From: Candidatus Roizmanbacteria bacterium | GTDB taxonomy: Bacteria > Patescibacteriota > Microgenomatia > UBA1406 | Reading direction: 5' to 3' | NCBI GenBank assembly: GCA_024654535.1 | Contig: JANLHL010000042.1 | Location: 13,312-77,311 of the forward strand | Length of the DNA stretch: 64,000 bases | In this document: in pieces, positions 28,630 to 38,166 of the stretch | Layout: each line of letters starts with the position of its first letter | How positions within the stretch are numbered: the first letter of the stretch is position 1 | Notes under the pieces: model-generated | Told to the model about the DNA's origin: nothing | The model's input: the letters and a program-made list of their open reading frames with translations, nothing else | The model's database searches: none | Position numbers and translations under genes: made by a program

Positions 28630-29883
28630 AGAGTCTATATAGGGCACAATTTTTTTGCGAAAAACCTGACTTATATCAAACTGATTCTTAACTCTTCTAA
28701 ACAAACTAATTTCTTTATCATTAGTGAGTATGGTAATCATGATATGCGATAGCTCAGTAGAAGTTGTCGTAGTATTATCAATAACATATATTTTATCGTC
28801 TGAAACTTCTTGGAAAACTTCAAGCTGGGAACATATAATAGGCGTTTTTGTAATAGCACTTTCTAAAATTGGTAAGCCAAAATTTTCATACTTGCTTGGA
28901 TAGAGTGCAATATCGGATAGTTTGTAAATGTCAGAGATGACATGCATTACTTCATCGGGCGTCAAGGCTTTCAATTCATCGCTAATAAATAATACGTTGT
29001 TAGAGAGATCTAATTTCTTAATCCTTTCTTCAATTTCTTGTACATAGGTCGATGATGTGGCGACGTGAGGAAACTTTTTTGCTGAAATAATCATAATCGG
29101 GTGTGTAAGTTTTTTCTTTAGTTCAAAGAGTGCATCTAAGCATAACTCAATATTTTTGTGTGGCATGATTTTTGATGGAAAAAAAAGAACTGCATCTGAT
29201 TCAAGGAGATTGTTATCGGCTATTATTTTTTGAGTTAATGGATGGAGCTGTAGAAAGGAATGTATATCTATTGCGTTCGGAATAACGGTCAACCTGTTTT
29301 CAGAGAAACCGAGAAGATTAGTGAAAGTATTTTTCAGAAACGACGATATGCATACGTAGTGTATTCCCTCAATAGGGGAATTCAACATATTTTCGAATTC
29401 TTTATTTGGATATGTCCTTTTCTTAGGGTTTGTTTCTCTGTCATTAAGGAGCACGTCATGAGTCCAGGCGACGATTTTTTTTTCAGGGTGTAGAGATTGA
29501 AATGTAATAAGTGCATGTGCAATAGCAGGGTTAAAAGTTAATGAAAATATATTATGCGCAAAGAGAATATCAAACGTGTCTTTATACTTTTCAAGCGATG
29601 CAAGAATACTTTTACTTAATGTATAAAATTCAGTTGGGTATGTATTGTCTGAGATAATTTTTTGTCGGAGAGCCGAATTTGATTTTGCCAGCGAAGCAAG
29701 TTCTGGAATAAAGTTTAGATGAACGTTTTTATTATTAGATTCACCTTCTGAAACAAACACAGTAACAGAATATCCATGGTTTGCAAAATAGTTTGCATGG
29801 GTTAAAATCAAATTTTCAACACCGCCAATTACCGGCGGGTAGGTATAGTGAATAATGCCTATCTTAGGTTTTGGTGCTGACAC
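28612..29883 (-). CDS. Glycosyltransferase family 4
   Basis: PPVIGGVE, IPNAID, HKNIE, YPS.YENFGLPILE. Confidence 0.88.
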   Translation of the reverse strand: MSAPKPKIGIIHYTYPPVIGGVENLILTHANYFANHGYSVTVFVSEGESNNKNVHLNFIPELASLAKSNSALRQKIISDNTYPTEFYTLSKSILASLEKYKDTFDILFAHNIFSLTFNPAIAHALITFQSLHPEKKIVAWTHDVLLNDRETNPKKRTYPNKEFENMLNSPIEGIHYVCISSFLKNTFTNLLGFSENRLTVIPNAIDIHSFLQLHPLTQKIIADNNLLESDAVLFFPSKIMPHKNIELCLDALFELKKKLTHPIMIISAKKFPHVATSSTYVQEIEERIKKLDLSNNVLFISDELKALTPDEVMHVISDIYKLSDIALYPSKYENFGLPILESAITKTPIICSQLEVFQEVSDDKIYVIDNTTTTSTELSHIMITILTNDKEISLFRRVKNQFDISQVFRKKIVPYIDSLNKAF

Positions 29884-30976
29884 GACTTTCTTTGATTAAT
29901 TTTTCGTAGAGCGAGATATAATTTGCTGCCATTGTTTTATATGAAAATTTCTTAACAACTGATGCTCGACAATTTTGACGCATCTGCTCATATTCTTTCT
30001 CAGGAAGTGACTCGATTTTTTTTATTGCATCAATAATTCCAAGTTCACCTCTTTCTGGATCAACAAGAAAACCGTTCTCGCCGTCAGTAATTAATTCTGA
30101 CATCGCACCTCGTCTAAATGTGATGACTGGTGTACCACAACTTAATGCCTCTACTATAACAAGTCCAAAAGGCTCTTCCCACTGTATTGGGAAAATAAAG
30201 GCCTTGGCAGTTTGGTATAGCTCTAATTTTCTATCAAATCCTAACGCTGCTTCATATTGCATACGATTATTTAAAAGTGGCTTAATCGAAGAATCAAAGA
30301 AGGTTTGATACTTAGCTCTATCAATATCTCCACTCAATATGAGTTTAATTCCAAGTTTGCTTGCTGCCTGTATTGCAACGTGTGGTCCTTTGAGTGGGTC
30401 TATGCGACTAAGCCATAGATAATTGGGATAAGCCTTTTTATTTGAAGGATAGTATTTATCAATATCTATTCCATTGTAAACGACGTGTACATTTTTTTTA
30501 AAAAGACTCTTTCTGAGTGCGTTTTTTGACACGAAGCAAAAGTTTTCATTTTTTCCAATACCTATTGTATTATATAAATCGCAAAATTCCTGCAGTTCAA
30601 AAAAATCTCTATGTATTGTATGCAGTATTGGCAATGGAATTTCGCTTGAAAAATAAGACAACATGAAAGTTTTGAGAAAATTTACATGAAGAATATCGTA
30701 TCTGTTAGTTTTTGTGTCGATTAGGATTTTCTTGATTTCAAGTAAGGTATAAGGATAAATAAATTCGACATTAGACGATACGATAGTTGCCGATTTGGGA
30801 TCGCAAATGAATATATGATTTTGAGCGTAAGTCTTACTGCCCTTACCACAATATAAAGTAACATTATGCCCAAGTTCAACCAAACCCTTGATGAGCAGAT
30901 ATGTAAATGCCTCCGTACCTCCAAAAGGACTTTCTACAATGGGTTTTGAAATAACGCCAGCTATTGCTATATTCAT
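29864..30976 (-). CDS. Glycosyltransferase family 4
   Basis: GGTE, VYNGID, RI.P.KG, WEEPFGLV.VEAL.CGTPV. Confidence 0.9.
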   Translation of the reverse strand: MNIAIAGVISKPIVESPFGGTEAFTYLLIKGLVELGHNVTLYCGKGSKTYAQNHIFICDPKSATIVSSNVEFIYPYTLLEIKKILIDTKTNRYDILHVNFLKTFMLSYFSSEIPLPILHTIHRDFFELQEFCDLYNTIGIGKNENFCFVSKNALRKSLFKKNVHVVYNGIDIDKYYPSNKKAYPNYLWLSRIDPLKGPHVAIQAASKLGIKLILSGDIDRAKYQTFFDSSIKPLLNNRMQYEAALGFDRKLELYQTAKAFIFPIQWEEPFGLVIVEALSCGTPVITFRRGAMSELITDGENGFLVDPERGELGIIDAIKKIESLPEKEYEQMRQNCRASVVKKFSYKTMAANYISLYEKLIKESRVSTKT

Positions 30977-31036
30977 AGGTTGATTATATCAGATTACTTG
31001 TTTCGCTTTGATGCACAATATCATTTATTGCAATTG

Positions 31037-32029
31037 TTATTTTAATCCTTTCACCGTTTTTGCAATATGTTTTGAAGCACTTTGTATACAATTTTTAACA
31101 TTTTCTTTATCTGAAAATACTTCTAAAAACTTGAAGTCGTACAAAGGTTTCTTGAGCTTTTCACTCTTAAGTAATGGATTCATTTGTACTATAAAATCAT
31201 AATATGAGGCTATACCTTGTAAGATTCGGAAGTAACCAAAAGTTCCAGATGCTTTAAAATTAGCCTCAATAGTATCGCTAAAGTTTTTCCAGTCATGCTG
31301 AAACATATCGTATTTGCATCCAAGTAAAAATAAGTCTTTAGCTATACCCCATTCAGGGTGATCAATACCACGAATAATACCTCCTTCAACTTCATATACG
31401 TGATGAACTCGAATTTTTTCATCATATATTAAAGGGAATCCAGCTCTCCAATAACGGACTGATAAATCAGAACCTTCTCCTCTCATATTAAAAAACGTTT
31501 CATCATACCCCCCGACCGAATGGAAAATCTTTGTATAGGTTATAATAAAGCGGGAATATATTGCTTCTACATAGTGTGCATTCTTATATGTCAACATCCT
31601 ATCTTCTGGTCTGGGTCTATCGAGAGTATCTGCTTTTGGTCCTCCACGCCATATAATTTGTCCTGTTGCGGCAGCTCCGCTTGGATTTTTCATAAGAGCA
31701 TATATGGCATTTTTGACAGTATCTTTTTCTACTTCCATATCTGAGTCGCAGAAAATAAGAACCGGACTACTTGCTATTTGAGCGCCTGCATTTTTGTTCG
31801 ATGCTATTCCAGGTTTTTTTGGTCTTGTATATCGTATTGATTTTCCAAACAAGTTAGTAATTGCACTACTTATCTTTGTATTTGGAGAAGAGTCTGAAAC
31901 AATAATTTCAAGTTGAAAATCTTTACCGATTCCTTGTGATTTCTGCAATAGTTTTATCGTGCGTATGGTCTGATCGACTCTATTGTATGAGGGAATAATG
32001 ATAGAAATGTGTTTGAATAATGATGCCAT
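31037..32029 (-). CDS. Glycosyltransferase family 2
   Basis: SIIIPSYNR, IIV.D, N.GA, FCDSD, GGYDE.F. Confidence 0.88.
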   Translation of the reverse strand: MASLFKHISIIIPSYNRVDQTIRTIKLLQKSQGIGKDFQLEIIVSDSSPNTKISSAITNLFGKSIRYTRPKKPGIASNKNAGAQIASSPVLIFCDSDMEVEKDTVKNAIYALMKNPSGAAATGQIIWRGGPKADTLDRPRPEDRMLTYKNAHYVEAIYSRFIITYTKIFHSVGGYDETFFNMRGEGSDLSVRYWRAGFPLIYDEKIRVHHVYEVEGGIIRGIDHPEWGIAKDLFLLGCKYDMFQHDWKNFSDTIEANFKASGTFGYFRILQGIASYYDFIVQMNPLLKSEKLKKPLYDFKFLEVFSDKENVKNCIQSASKHIAKTVKGLK

Positions 32030-32053
32030 TTCTATAGCATACCATATAAAAAT

Positions 32054-33220
32054 TTATATACTTTTTTTGTATATATTGAAGAATTTGGTTGTGACTTTTT
32101 CCCAGTTGAATTTTTTGATAACGGTGCTATAGGCATTTTCTCCCATTTTTTCACGTTTAGCATCATTCTCAATGAGAGAATTTACCTGTTTTGCTATAAC
32201 AGAAGCATTTTTTGCAGGGACTAAGAAGCCGTTAAATCCGTCCCGAACTATAGAGGTTACACCACCTTTTCGAGTAACGATAACAGGGGTTTTATGCACC
32301 ATAGCCTCTAGTATTACAAGACCTAAGGGTTCGTCCCATACCGAAGGTGCAACGTATACGTCTGAGCGCAAATAGAAATCATCAATTTTACCGAGCCGTT
32401 GAGAGAAGTAACCGAGCATATGTACGTTAGTAAGTTTGTATTTTAGAATCAAACTTTCCAAGTAGGGGCGTTCTGGTCCGTCACCTAATATTACTATTTC
32501 TGCTTTTATTTTTTGAGCCGCTTTAATAAGATAGTCAACCCCTTTGTGTCGTATAAGCCTTCCTGTAAATAGCACCATTTTTTCATACTTGAAGTTGTAT
32601 TTTTTATCTATCCACGACACGTCACGAGTAAAATCTATTTGATTTCCGATACCAGACGGGACTGTTCTTAGTTTATCCGAAAGTTCTTTTCCGAAGATCC
32701 GGAGGTACCATTCTCGGGTGAACGTGCTATTTGCTGTTATATATTTTGCTATTTTGGATGATTCCTTGACAGATGAAAACCAACGTTTATCTTCTTCCAA
32801 GTAATATAAATCACTTCCATGTGTTGTTATAACATAGGGGATTTTGTATATATTTTGGATAATACGTGCAACTGCGGGTAGCCACGCTGTATGAAAAACG
32901 TGAATTACATCTGGTTTGAATTTTTTTACCGCTTTCGCTGTTTGAGTAAGATAGTACTGATAGACCTCGAGGTGTTCAAGATTGCTCCATTTTGAAAATT
33001 TTTTAGCATTGGGGAGTTCTGGATTACCGACAAAAACGCCGTAGTGAGGGGGTTTCAACGCACGTATTTTAATATGAGGGAGTTTTCGTGTTTCAGGAGC
33101 AAGTATATATCCTTCATAGTCATCGGGGTACATCTCTTTCATACGAAGTGTCAGTCGACGAAGCCACGCTCCTGAACCATTACCCCAGAGAGGGAATAAA
33201 TAGAGATAGAGTACGCGCAT
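32054..33220 (-). CDS. Glycosyltransferase family 4
   Basis: T.HGSD, F.GRL...KG, GDGP, PS.W.EPLGLV.LEAM. Confidence 0.9.
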   Translation of the reverse strand: MRVLYLYLFPLWGNGSGAWLRRLTLRMKEMYPDDYEGYILAPETRKLPHIKIRALKPPHYGVFVGNPELPNAKKFSKWSNLEHLEVYQYYLTQTAKAVKKFKPDVIHVFHTAWLPAVARIIQNIYKIPYVITTHGSDLYYLEEDKRWFSSVKESSKIAKYITANSTFTREWYLRIFGKELSDKLRTVPSGIGNQIDFTRDVSWIDKKYNFKYEKMVLFTGRLIRHKGVDYLIKAAQKIKAEIVILGDGPERPYLESLILKYKLTNVHMLGYFSQRLGKIDDFYLRSDVYVAPSVWDEPLGLVILEAMVHKTPVIVTRKGGVTSIVRDGFNGFLVPAKNASVIAKQVNSLIENDAKREKMGENAYSTVIKKFNWEKVTTKFFNIYKKSI

Positions 33221-33268
33221 AGTCATATTATAACATGGGTATGTGAGATGTATGTATAGAAAAGTATA

Positions 33269-34861
33269 TTAAAGTTTTAAGTGAACAAGCAAAGATTTGA
33301 GTTCTGTAAATATATAGCTTTTTGCTTGCGTATAGCGGGCATTGCCTGCTCTTCCTTTCCAAGTCCGCACAAAGGATAGTAGCCATACTAAAAAGTACAT
33401 ATAGGTGAGAGGAAAAATTTTAAGAAACTCACTTTTTTCACTACCAGACAAGGTGCTAACAAATTCATCATAAAGTTTTTTTTGAAATTGCGGATTATCC
33501 CAAGAGAAAATATAAGCGAAGCAAAAATCGGCAGCAATATTATTCTTTGAGACGTGTCCAAAATCTATGAAATAAAGCCTCTTTTCACTTATTGAAACGA
33601 TTTGATTTGCAGGATGGAGATCGTTATGTGTTGGATAGAGCTTAACCCTGTCAAATGTGCCGTTTTTTTTGGAAAAATAATCTCTCGCTTTAAACAATAA
33701 TGAGGATGAAGCCAATTCGGGATATGTTAAGATTATTTTATAAAAATGATCAAATCGTCTTGCGTAATATACACTGTTCCATCTAGGGATAGATGATCCA
33801 TTGATTGGAATTGATCTAATTTTTTCTAGGTAATCAATAAATTGTGTGCGAATATAACCGTGATAGTATTGTTTACTAAAGGAATACTGTACCGAAAATT
33901 TTCCTGCTATTCTTCCCTGTACTATTTTATAAAAATACCAAGCTGGTTTATTGATCAAATTTTGTTCAACAATGTGAGGAGTAAAATCATATTTTTGATT
34001 ATTAAGTGTTTGTGCTGTTACTATTTCATTTGAAAGATCCTTGTTTTTTTTGCGAAATAATGCAAATTTCATAATGAATATATCGTCGTTTTTATCTCTG
34101 CCTATGAAGTTTAAAAATGAGCCTGACCAAAAGTCTGCCTCAAGATTTTTTGCCATATCGATATCAGTGAGATCATATTTTTCAAATATCCTTTTTTTTA
34201 TTCTATTTATTTTTGTTAGCGAATAATGTGGCCTTACATCTTTTTTTTCTTGTAATCGACCATCAAAGATACGTTGCTTGATATAACCAACATTTCGTTC
34301 TTTATAAAACCCAGCTGAAAAAAATTTGGTTTTTAGATATTCGTCATTCTCTGTTTTCGTCTTGCGCAGGAAAATTCGCGTTCGCAGTAGTATATGTTTT
34401 TCATAAACAAAAATATCCCATGCTAAATTTGCAGGGAGCTTTGATTCTATGACAGAATATTGAATGTCATATTCAGGTCCGAATATTTTTTCTGCGACGT
34501 ATTTGGTTCGATCTTTTTGGAAATCAGATACGATAATAATGAAAGAATGAATATCATTTTTTATGAAGTGCTCTGTTTTAAGAAAATACAAAGCACTAAT
34601 CATATCTTGAGATTGATTTTCAGTGATAACCTTTTTTTCAACGACACCCAAACGAATTAAATATGCCTTCATAGCTTCAGATTCTGTGAAACGGGGTGGG
34701 GTTTCTATAGTTGAAGCATATTTACCTGATACATAAATTTGCTTTACTATATGAGCACTGTATAGACGATACGCAGCATCAAGACGGGCTTTCACAAAAG
34801 AGGGCAATATTCCTTTGGGCGTAATGCCTCCGGATAACACTACTACTGCTTGAGATTTCAT
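33269..34861 (-). CDS. YdcF/DUF218 domain fused to APH/choline-kinase-like phosphotransferase
   Basis: N-terminal VVVLSGG...RLD.A...VSG...ESE.M..YL...GV...E..S; C-terminal HNDLHPAN and IDFG. Confidence 0.72.
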   Translation of the reverse strand: MKSQAVVVLSGGITPKGILPSFVKARLDAAYRLYSAHIVKQIYVSGKYASTIETPPRFTESEAMKAYLIRLGVVEKKVITENQSQDMISALYFLKTEHFIKNDIHSFIIIVSDFQKDRTKYVAEKIFGPEYDIQYSVIESKLPANLAWDIFVYEKHILLRTRIFLRKTKTENDEYLKTKFFSAGFYKERNVGYIKQRIFDGRLQEKKDVRPHYSLTKINRIKKRIFEKYDLTDIDMAKNLEADFWSGSFLNFIGRDKNDDIFIMKFALFRKKNKDLSNEIVTAQTLNNQKYDFTPHIVEQNLINKPAWYFYKIVQGRIAGKFSVQYSFSKQYYHGYIRTQFIDYLEKIRSIPINGSSIPRWNSVYYARRFDHFYKIILTYPELASSSLLFKARDYFSKKNGTFDRVKLYPTHNDLHPANQIVSISEKRLYFIDFGHVSKNNIAADFCFAYIFSWDNPQFQKKLYDEFVSTLSGSEKSEFLKIFPLTYMYFLVWLLSFVRTWKGRAGNARYTQAKSYIFTELKSLLVHLKL

Positions 34862-34879
34862 GTACGCATTGTATATCTT

Positions 34880-35788
34880 TTATCGATAGATTTTTCCTTC
34901 AATTTGTACCTGAGTGATTGCCATATTACCTTCCATTCTCTTTGAGGAAATAATTTTGATATGTTTGCCATTTGGTAATGTGCTGAAAACTCCTGGCCAA
35001 GGGTTCAGGGCGCGAATTTTATCGTGGAGCGCATATGCCTTTTGCATGGTGCAGAAGGGTGCATAGTTACTATGTGGAGCTAGCAGATGAGTTAGATTAT
35101 AACGGTCAAATAACGTCTGCAGATATGGTGAAAGTTCTTCAAATGGCAAATAACCATCTTTTTTTTCAAAACGGTGCGTATAGGTTGCTTTGTTGTGTTC
35201 CTGCTGATGCATATGCATGGTCGAAGATACAGGATTTGACATAAGTAGCGTGATTAATTTACCCGCTTCTTTCGCAAGTTTTGTTATAAGCGTTGTGTTC
35301 GTGTCATTCAAACCAATACTTACGGTATGACATGCGGGAGTAGTATCAGGTAAGTTTAAGAGCGGTCCATGGTCTATAAGCTCATCAATCGATATAATAC
35401 TTACGCCCGTTATTTTTTCTCCATTAATGAGTGCAGATTGAATAGGTGTTGGTCCCCGGTAGTGTGGAAGTAGGGAAGGGTGGATATTCCATATACCATA
35501 GCGGCATACTTCTACAATAGTCTTTGGTAGTATCATTCCGAAATCAACAACTATCACTACTTGGTTCTTTCCTGTAAGGAGTCTCCTTCTAAAGGAGTCT
35601 CCTTCGTCGATTTCCTGAATGGGTATTTTGAGCTGCTGTGACAGTGTTTTTATTGGGGTTGGAATACGGGTTGTCATACCGCGCCCACCAAAAGTGTCGG
35701 ATGATGTAATAACGAGATTCGGCTTTATTTCTACATACTCAAGGAACTGTGCACCAAAAGAGCCAGAACTGAGTAGTGTGTATGACAT
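34880..35788 (-). CDS. fmt: Methionyl-tRNA formyltransferase
   Basis: NIHPSLLP.YRGP.PIQ, TGVSI, D.GP, IRALNPWPG. Confidence 0.9.
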   Translation of the reverse strand: MSYTLLSSGSFGAQFLEYVEIKPNLVITSSDTFGGRGMTTRIPTPIKTLSQQLKIPIQEIDEGDSFRRRLLTGKNQVVIVVDFGMILPKTIVEVCRYGIWNIHPSLLPHYRGPTPIQSALINGEKITGVSIISIDELIDHGPLLNLPDTTPACHTVSIGLNDTNTTLITKLAKEAGKLITLLMSNPVSSTMHMHQQEHNKATYTHRFEKKDGYLPFEELSPYLQTLFDRYNLTHLLAPHSNYAPFCTMQKAYALHDKIRALNPWPGVFSTLPNGKHIKIISSKRMEGNMAITQVQIEGKIYR

Positions 35789-35837
35789 TTCACATGAATT
35801 ATAGCAAAGTGTTTGTGCAACATTGTATACTTATTGC

Positions 35838-36098
35838 ATGGATAGCATTAAAGACATACTAAAGCGCTTCGATCCCACATCGGGGAAATATGTGAGTCGC
35901 GAATTTCAAGCCTATGGGTTGTATCTATCTCAGAAGCTTGAAGACGAGAAGCATAAGACGCTCTATATAAAACTTGCAAAAAAGGAGGCTCGGTATATAT
36001 TAGACCAGGCGCTTGCATTTGTTATGGATGCGCGCGCGAAAAATAAAGGAGCGCTATTTATGTGGAAATTAAAAGAGTTAAAGACGCAAAAAAAATAA
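35838..36098 (+). CDS. Small basic hypothetical protein
   Basis: EFQ.YG..L...L.D..H..LYIKLAK...LFMWKL; TATACT-6-ATG. Confidence 0.6.
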   Translation: MDSIKDILKRFDPTSGKYVSREFQAYGLYLSQKLEDEKHKTLYIKLAKKEARYILDQALAFVMDARAKNKGALFMWKLKELKTQKK

Positions 36099-36113
36099 CG
36101 AGCGTATATATTT

Positions 36114-36977
36114 ATGCTATTTGATACACATTGTCACCTCAATTTTAAAGCATTTGACACTTCACTATTAACAGTTATTGATAGTGCGAAAAAGGCAGGT
36201 GTACAAAATATAGTTATACCAGGAACAGATGTGGAAACTTCCCAAAAGGCAGTTACTATTGTTAAAACAACGAGTGGGCTATATGCGGCCGTTGGCATTC
36301 ATCCTCACCACGTTTACGAATTAAAAAGTAAAAGCCCCGCTTTCGCTATAGCTTCAGCGGGCCAGGCAAAGCTTAGAATAGAAGAAGAATTGGAAAAGTT
36401 AGAAACGTTACTTGTGGAAAAGAAAACCGTTGCGGTAGGTGAGGTGGGCGTAGATAGGTATGAATATACCTCTACAAAATACCAGAATTACGCGGTCGAT
36501 GAAGAATTTGTCGCTATGCAAAAAAGCTTACTTACTAACCAAATACAATTGGCAATCAAGCATGGAAAATCACTTATACTACATAATCGTAAAGCGGTTG
36601 ATGATTTGCTCAATATTCTGACTAAGAGTTGGGATCAAAAATTACGTGGAAGAACAGTATTTCATTGTTGTGAAGCAGACGAACGTTTGCTTACGGTTGC
36701 TTTGGATAAAGGAATATATATAGGAGTGGATGGAGACATTACGTGGTCTAAGAAGAAGCAGCGATTCATCGCTACGGTGCCGTTAGAAAGGCTGGCATTA
36801 GAAACAGACTCACCATATTTAACACCAGAAGAAGCTCGGGTGAAACAGGTATTTCCAAATGAGCCAAAAAATATCACGTACGTACGTGATGTGGTTGCTC
36901 GCATTCATAACGTTGACGCGTCTGAAGTAGAAAAATATACGACTGAAAATGCAATGAAGCTTTTTAACCTCACATAA
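36114..36977 (+). CDS. tatD: TatD family hydrolase
   Basis: DTHCH, GIHPH, VGE.G.D, H.R, FHC, ETDSPYL.P, NEP, NA..LF. Confidence 0.93.
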   Translation: MLFDTHCHLNFKAFDTSLLTVIDSAKKAGVQNIVIPGTDVETSQKAVTIVKTTSGLYAAVGIHPHHVYELKSKSPAFAIASAGQAKLRIEEELEKLETLLVEKKTVAVGEVGVDRYEYTSTKYQNYAVDEEFVAMQKSLLTNQIQLAIKHGKSLILHNRKAVDDLLNILTKSWDQKLRGRTVFHCCEADERLLTVALDKGIYIGVDGDITWSKKKQRFIATVPLERLALETDSPYLTPEEARVKQVFPNEPKNITYVRDVVARIHNVDASEVEKYTTENAMKLFNLT

Positions 36978-36988
36978 GTGTAATTATG

Positions 36989-37093
36989 CAGATATATGTA
37001 ATTTACTCGTGATCAAACCCTTCTGCCACATATTAAGTACATTTGGATGTGGCAGAAGAAGAGTAGTGATCTCTCGTAAATTACATATATCTG
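36989..37093. other. Long hairpin between convergent genes
   Basis: 18-bp perfect outer stem (36989-37006/37076-37093) and 12-bp inner stem (37020-37031/37047-37058). Confidence 0.8.
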
Positions 37094-37098
37094 TGCAC

Positions 37099-38166
37099 TT
37101 ATACTAACTCTCGGCAGCCTTTCTCAGTAAGTACTACCGTATTCTCATATCGGACACCAAATTTCCCAGGTATATATACTCCGGGTTCTATAGAAAAAAC
37201 CATGCCATTCTGAAGTACTTCATTTGAATGGGGCGAAAGGTGGGGAAGTTCGTGAATATCTATGCCCACACCATGTCCCAATGAATGGATAAAATAGGTG
37301 TGCAAATTGTATTTTTTTAATACATCAAATGCTATCGAAAACGCATCTTTTGATATCATTCCAACCTTAATCTGAGAAAGTGAAGCGATGTATGCCTCTT
37401 GAACCGCGTCGACTGCTCGTTGTCTATCGGTATTTCGTGTATTTTTATACTCAGTACGTGTAATATCTGCGCAGTAATGGTCAAAACGTGCGCCACAATC
37501 GACAATTGATATGTCTGAAAGTTTACTGGTGTTGGGGGTGTGGTGTGGGGTTGCAGAGTGAATACCAGAAGCAACGATTGGCGTAAAAGCAACTCTTTCC
37601 AGTGTTTTTTTTTCGAGCATTTGTTGTAGCGCAAACGCAGCGCTTCGTTCTGTTTTGTACATCGGCAGTTTGTCGAGAAATGTGTGTAGTACAGCTCTAG
37701 TTGCTTTGTCAGCCCTTTTTAACGCAGAAAGTTCGAACATATCTTTTATTGTTCTCAGACTTTCGACGAGTCCACCGATAGGTTGTAAGTCTATACTGTT
37801 CGCATGTTTTTTTAAGTAGAGATATTCGTTGTGACGCATACTGTTTTCAAAATATACTTTTGTGGGCGTCAATAATTTTGCCAATAACGTTTTATAGTAA
37901 TTTCCTTTTTCGGCTTGTAGCACATTACAAATAGCAGTGGGGGAATCGTATGTGTTTAGCGGGCTCATTGCTAAATATGCTTTCTTTTGAGTGACCAATA
38001 GTAGTGCTTCCCGTTCTGTCTCTGAGGTTATTGTGTATCCGGTGAGATAAAAAATATTAGATGATCTTTCAATAATGATTGACCCTATTTTTTTCTTTTC
38101 TAAAATTTCCTGAAGAGCTATTATTCTCTTATCATGAGCAGAGGGTATATTATGTACGTTTTTCAT
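37099..38166 (-). CDS. Xaa-Pro aminopeptidase (M24B)
   Basis: R.IKD..E, IVASG, D.GA....Y.ADITRT, HSLGHGVG..IHE.P, FSIEPG.Y, GVR.E. Confidence 0.92.
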   Translation of the reverse strand: MKNVHNIPSAHDKRIIALQEILEKKKIGSIIIERSSNIFYLTGYTITSETEREALLLVTQKKAYLAMSPLNTYDSPTAICNVLQAEKGNYYKTLLAKLLTPTKVYFENSMRHNEYLYLKKHANSIDLQPIGGLVESLRTIKDMFELSALKRADKATRAVLHTFLDKLPMYKTERSAAFALQQMLEKKTLERVAFTPIVASGIHSATPHHTPNTSKLSDISIVDCGARFDHYCADITRTEYKNTRNTDRQRAVDAVQEAYIASLSQIKVGMISKDAFSIAFDVLKKYNLHTYFIHSLGHGVGIDIHELPHLSPHSNEVLQNGMVFSIEPGVYIPGKFGVRYENTVVLTEKGCRELV

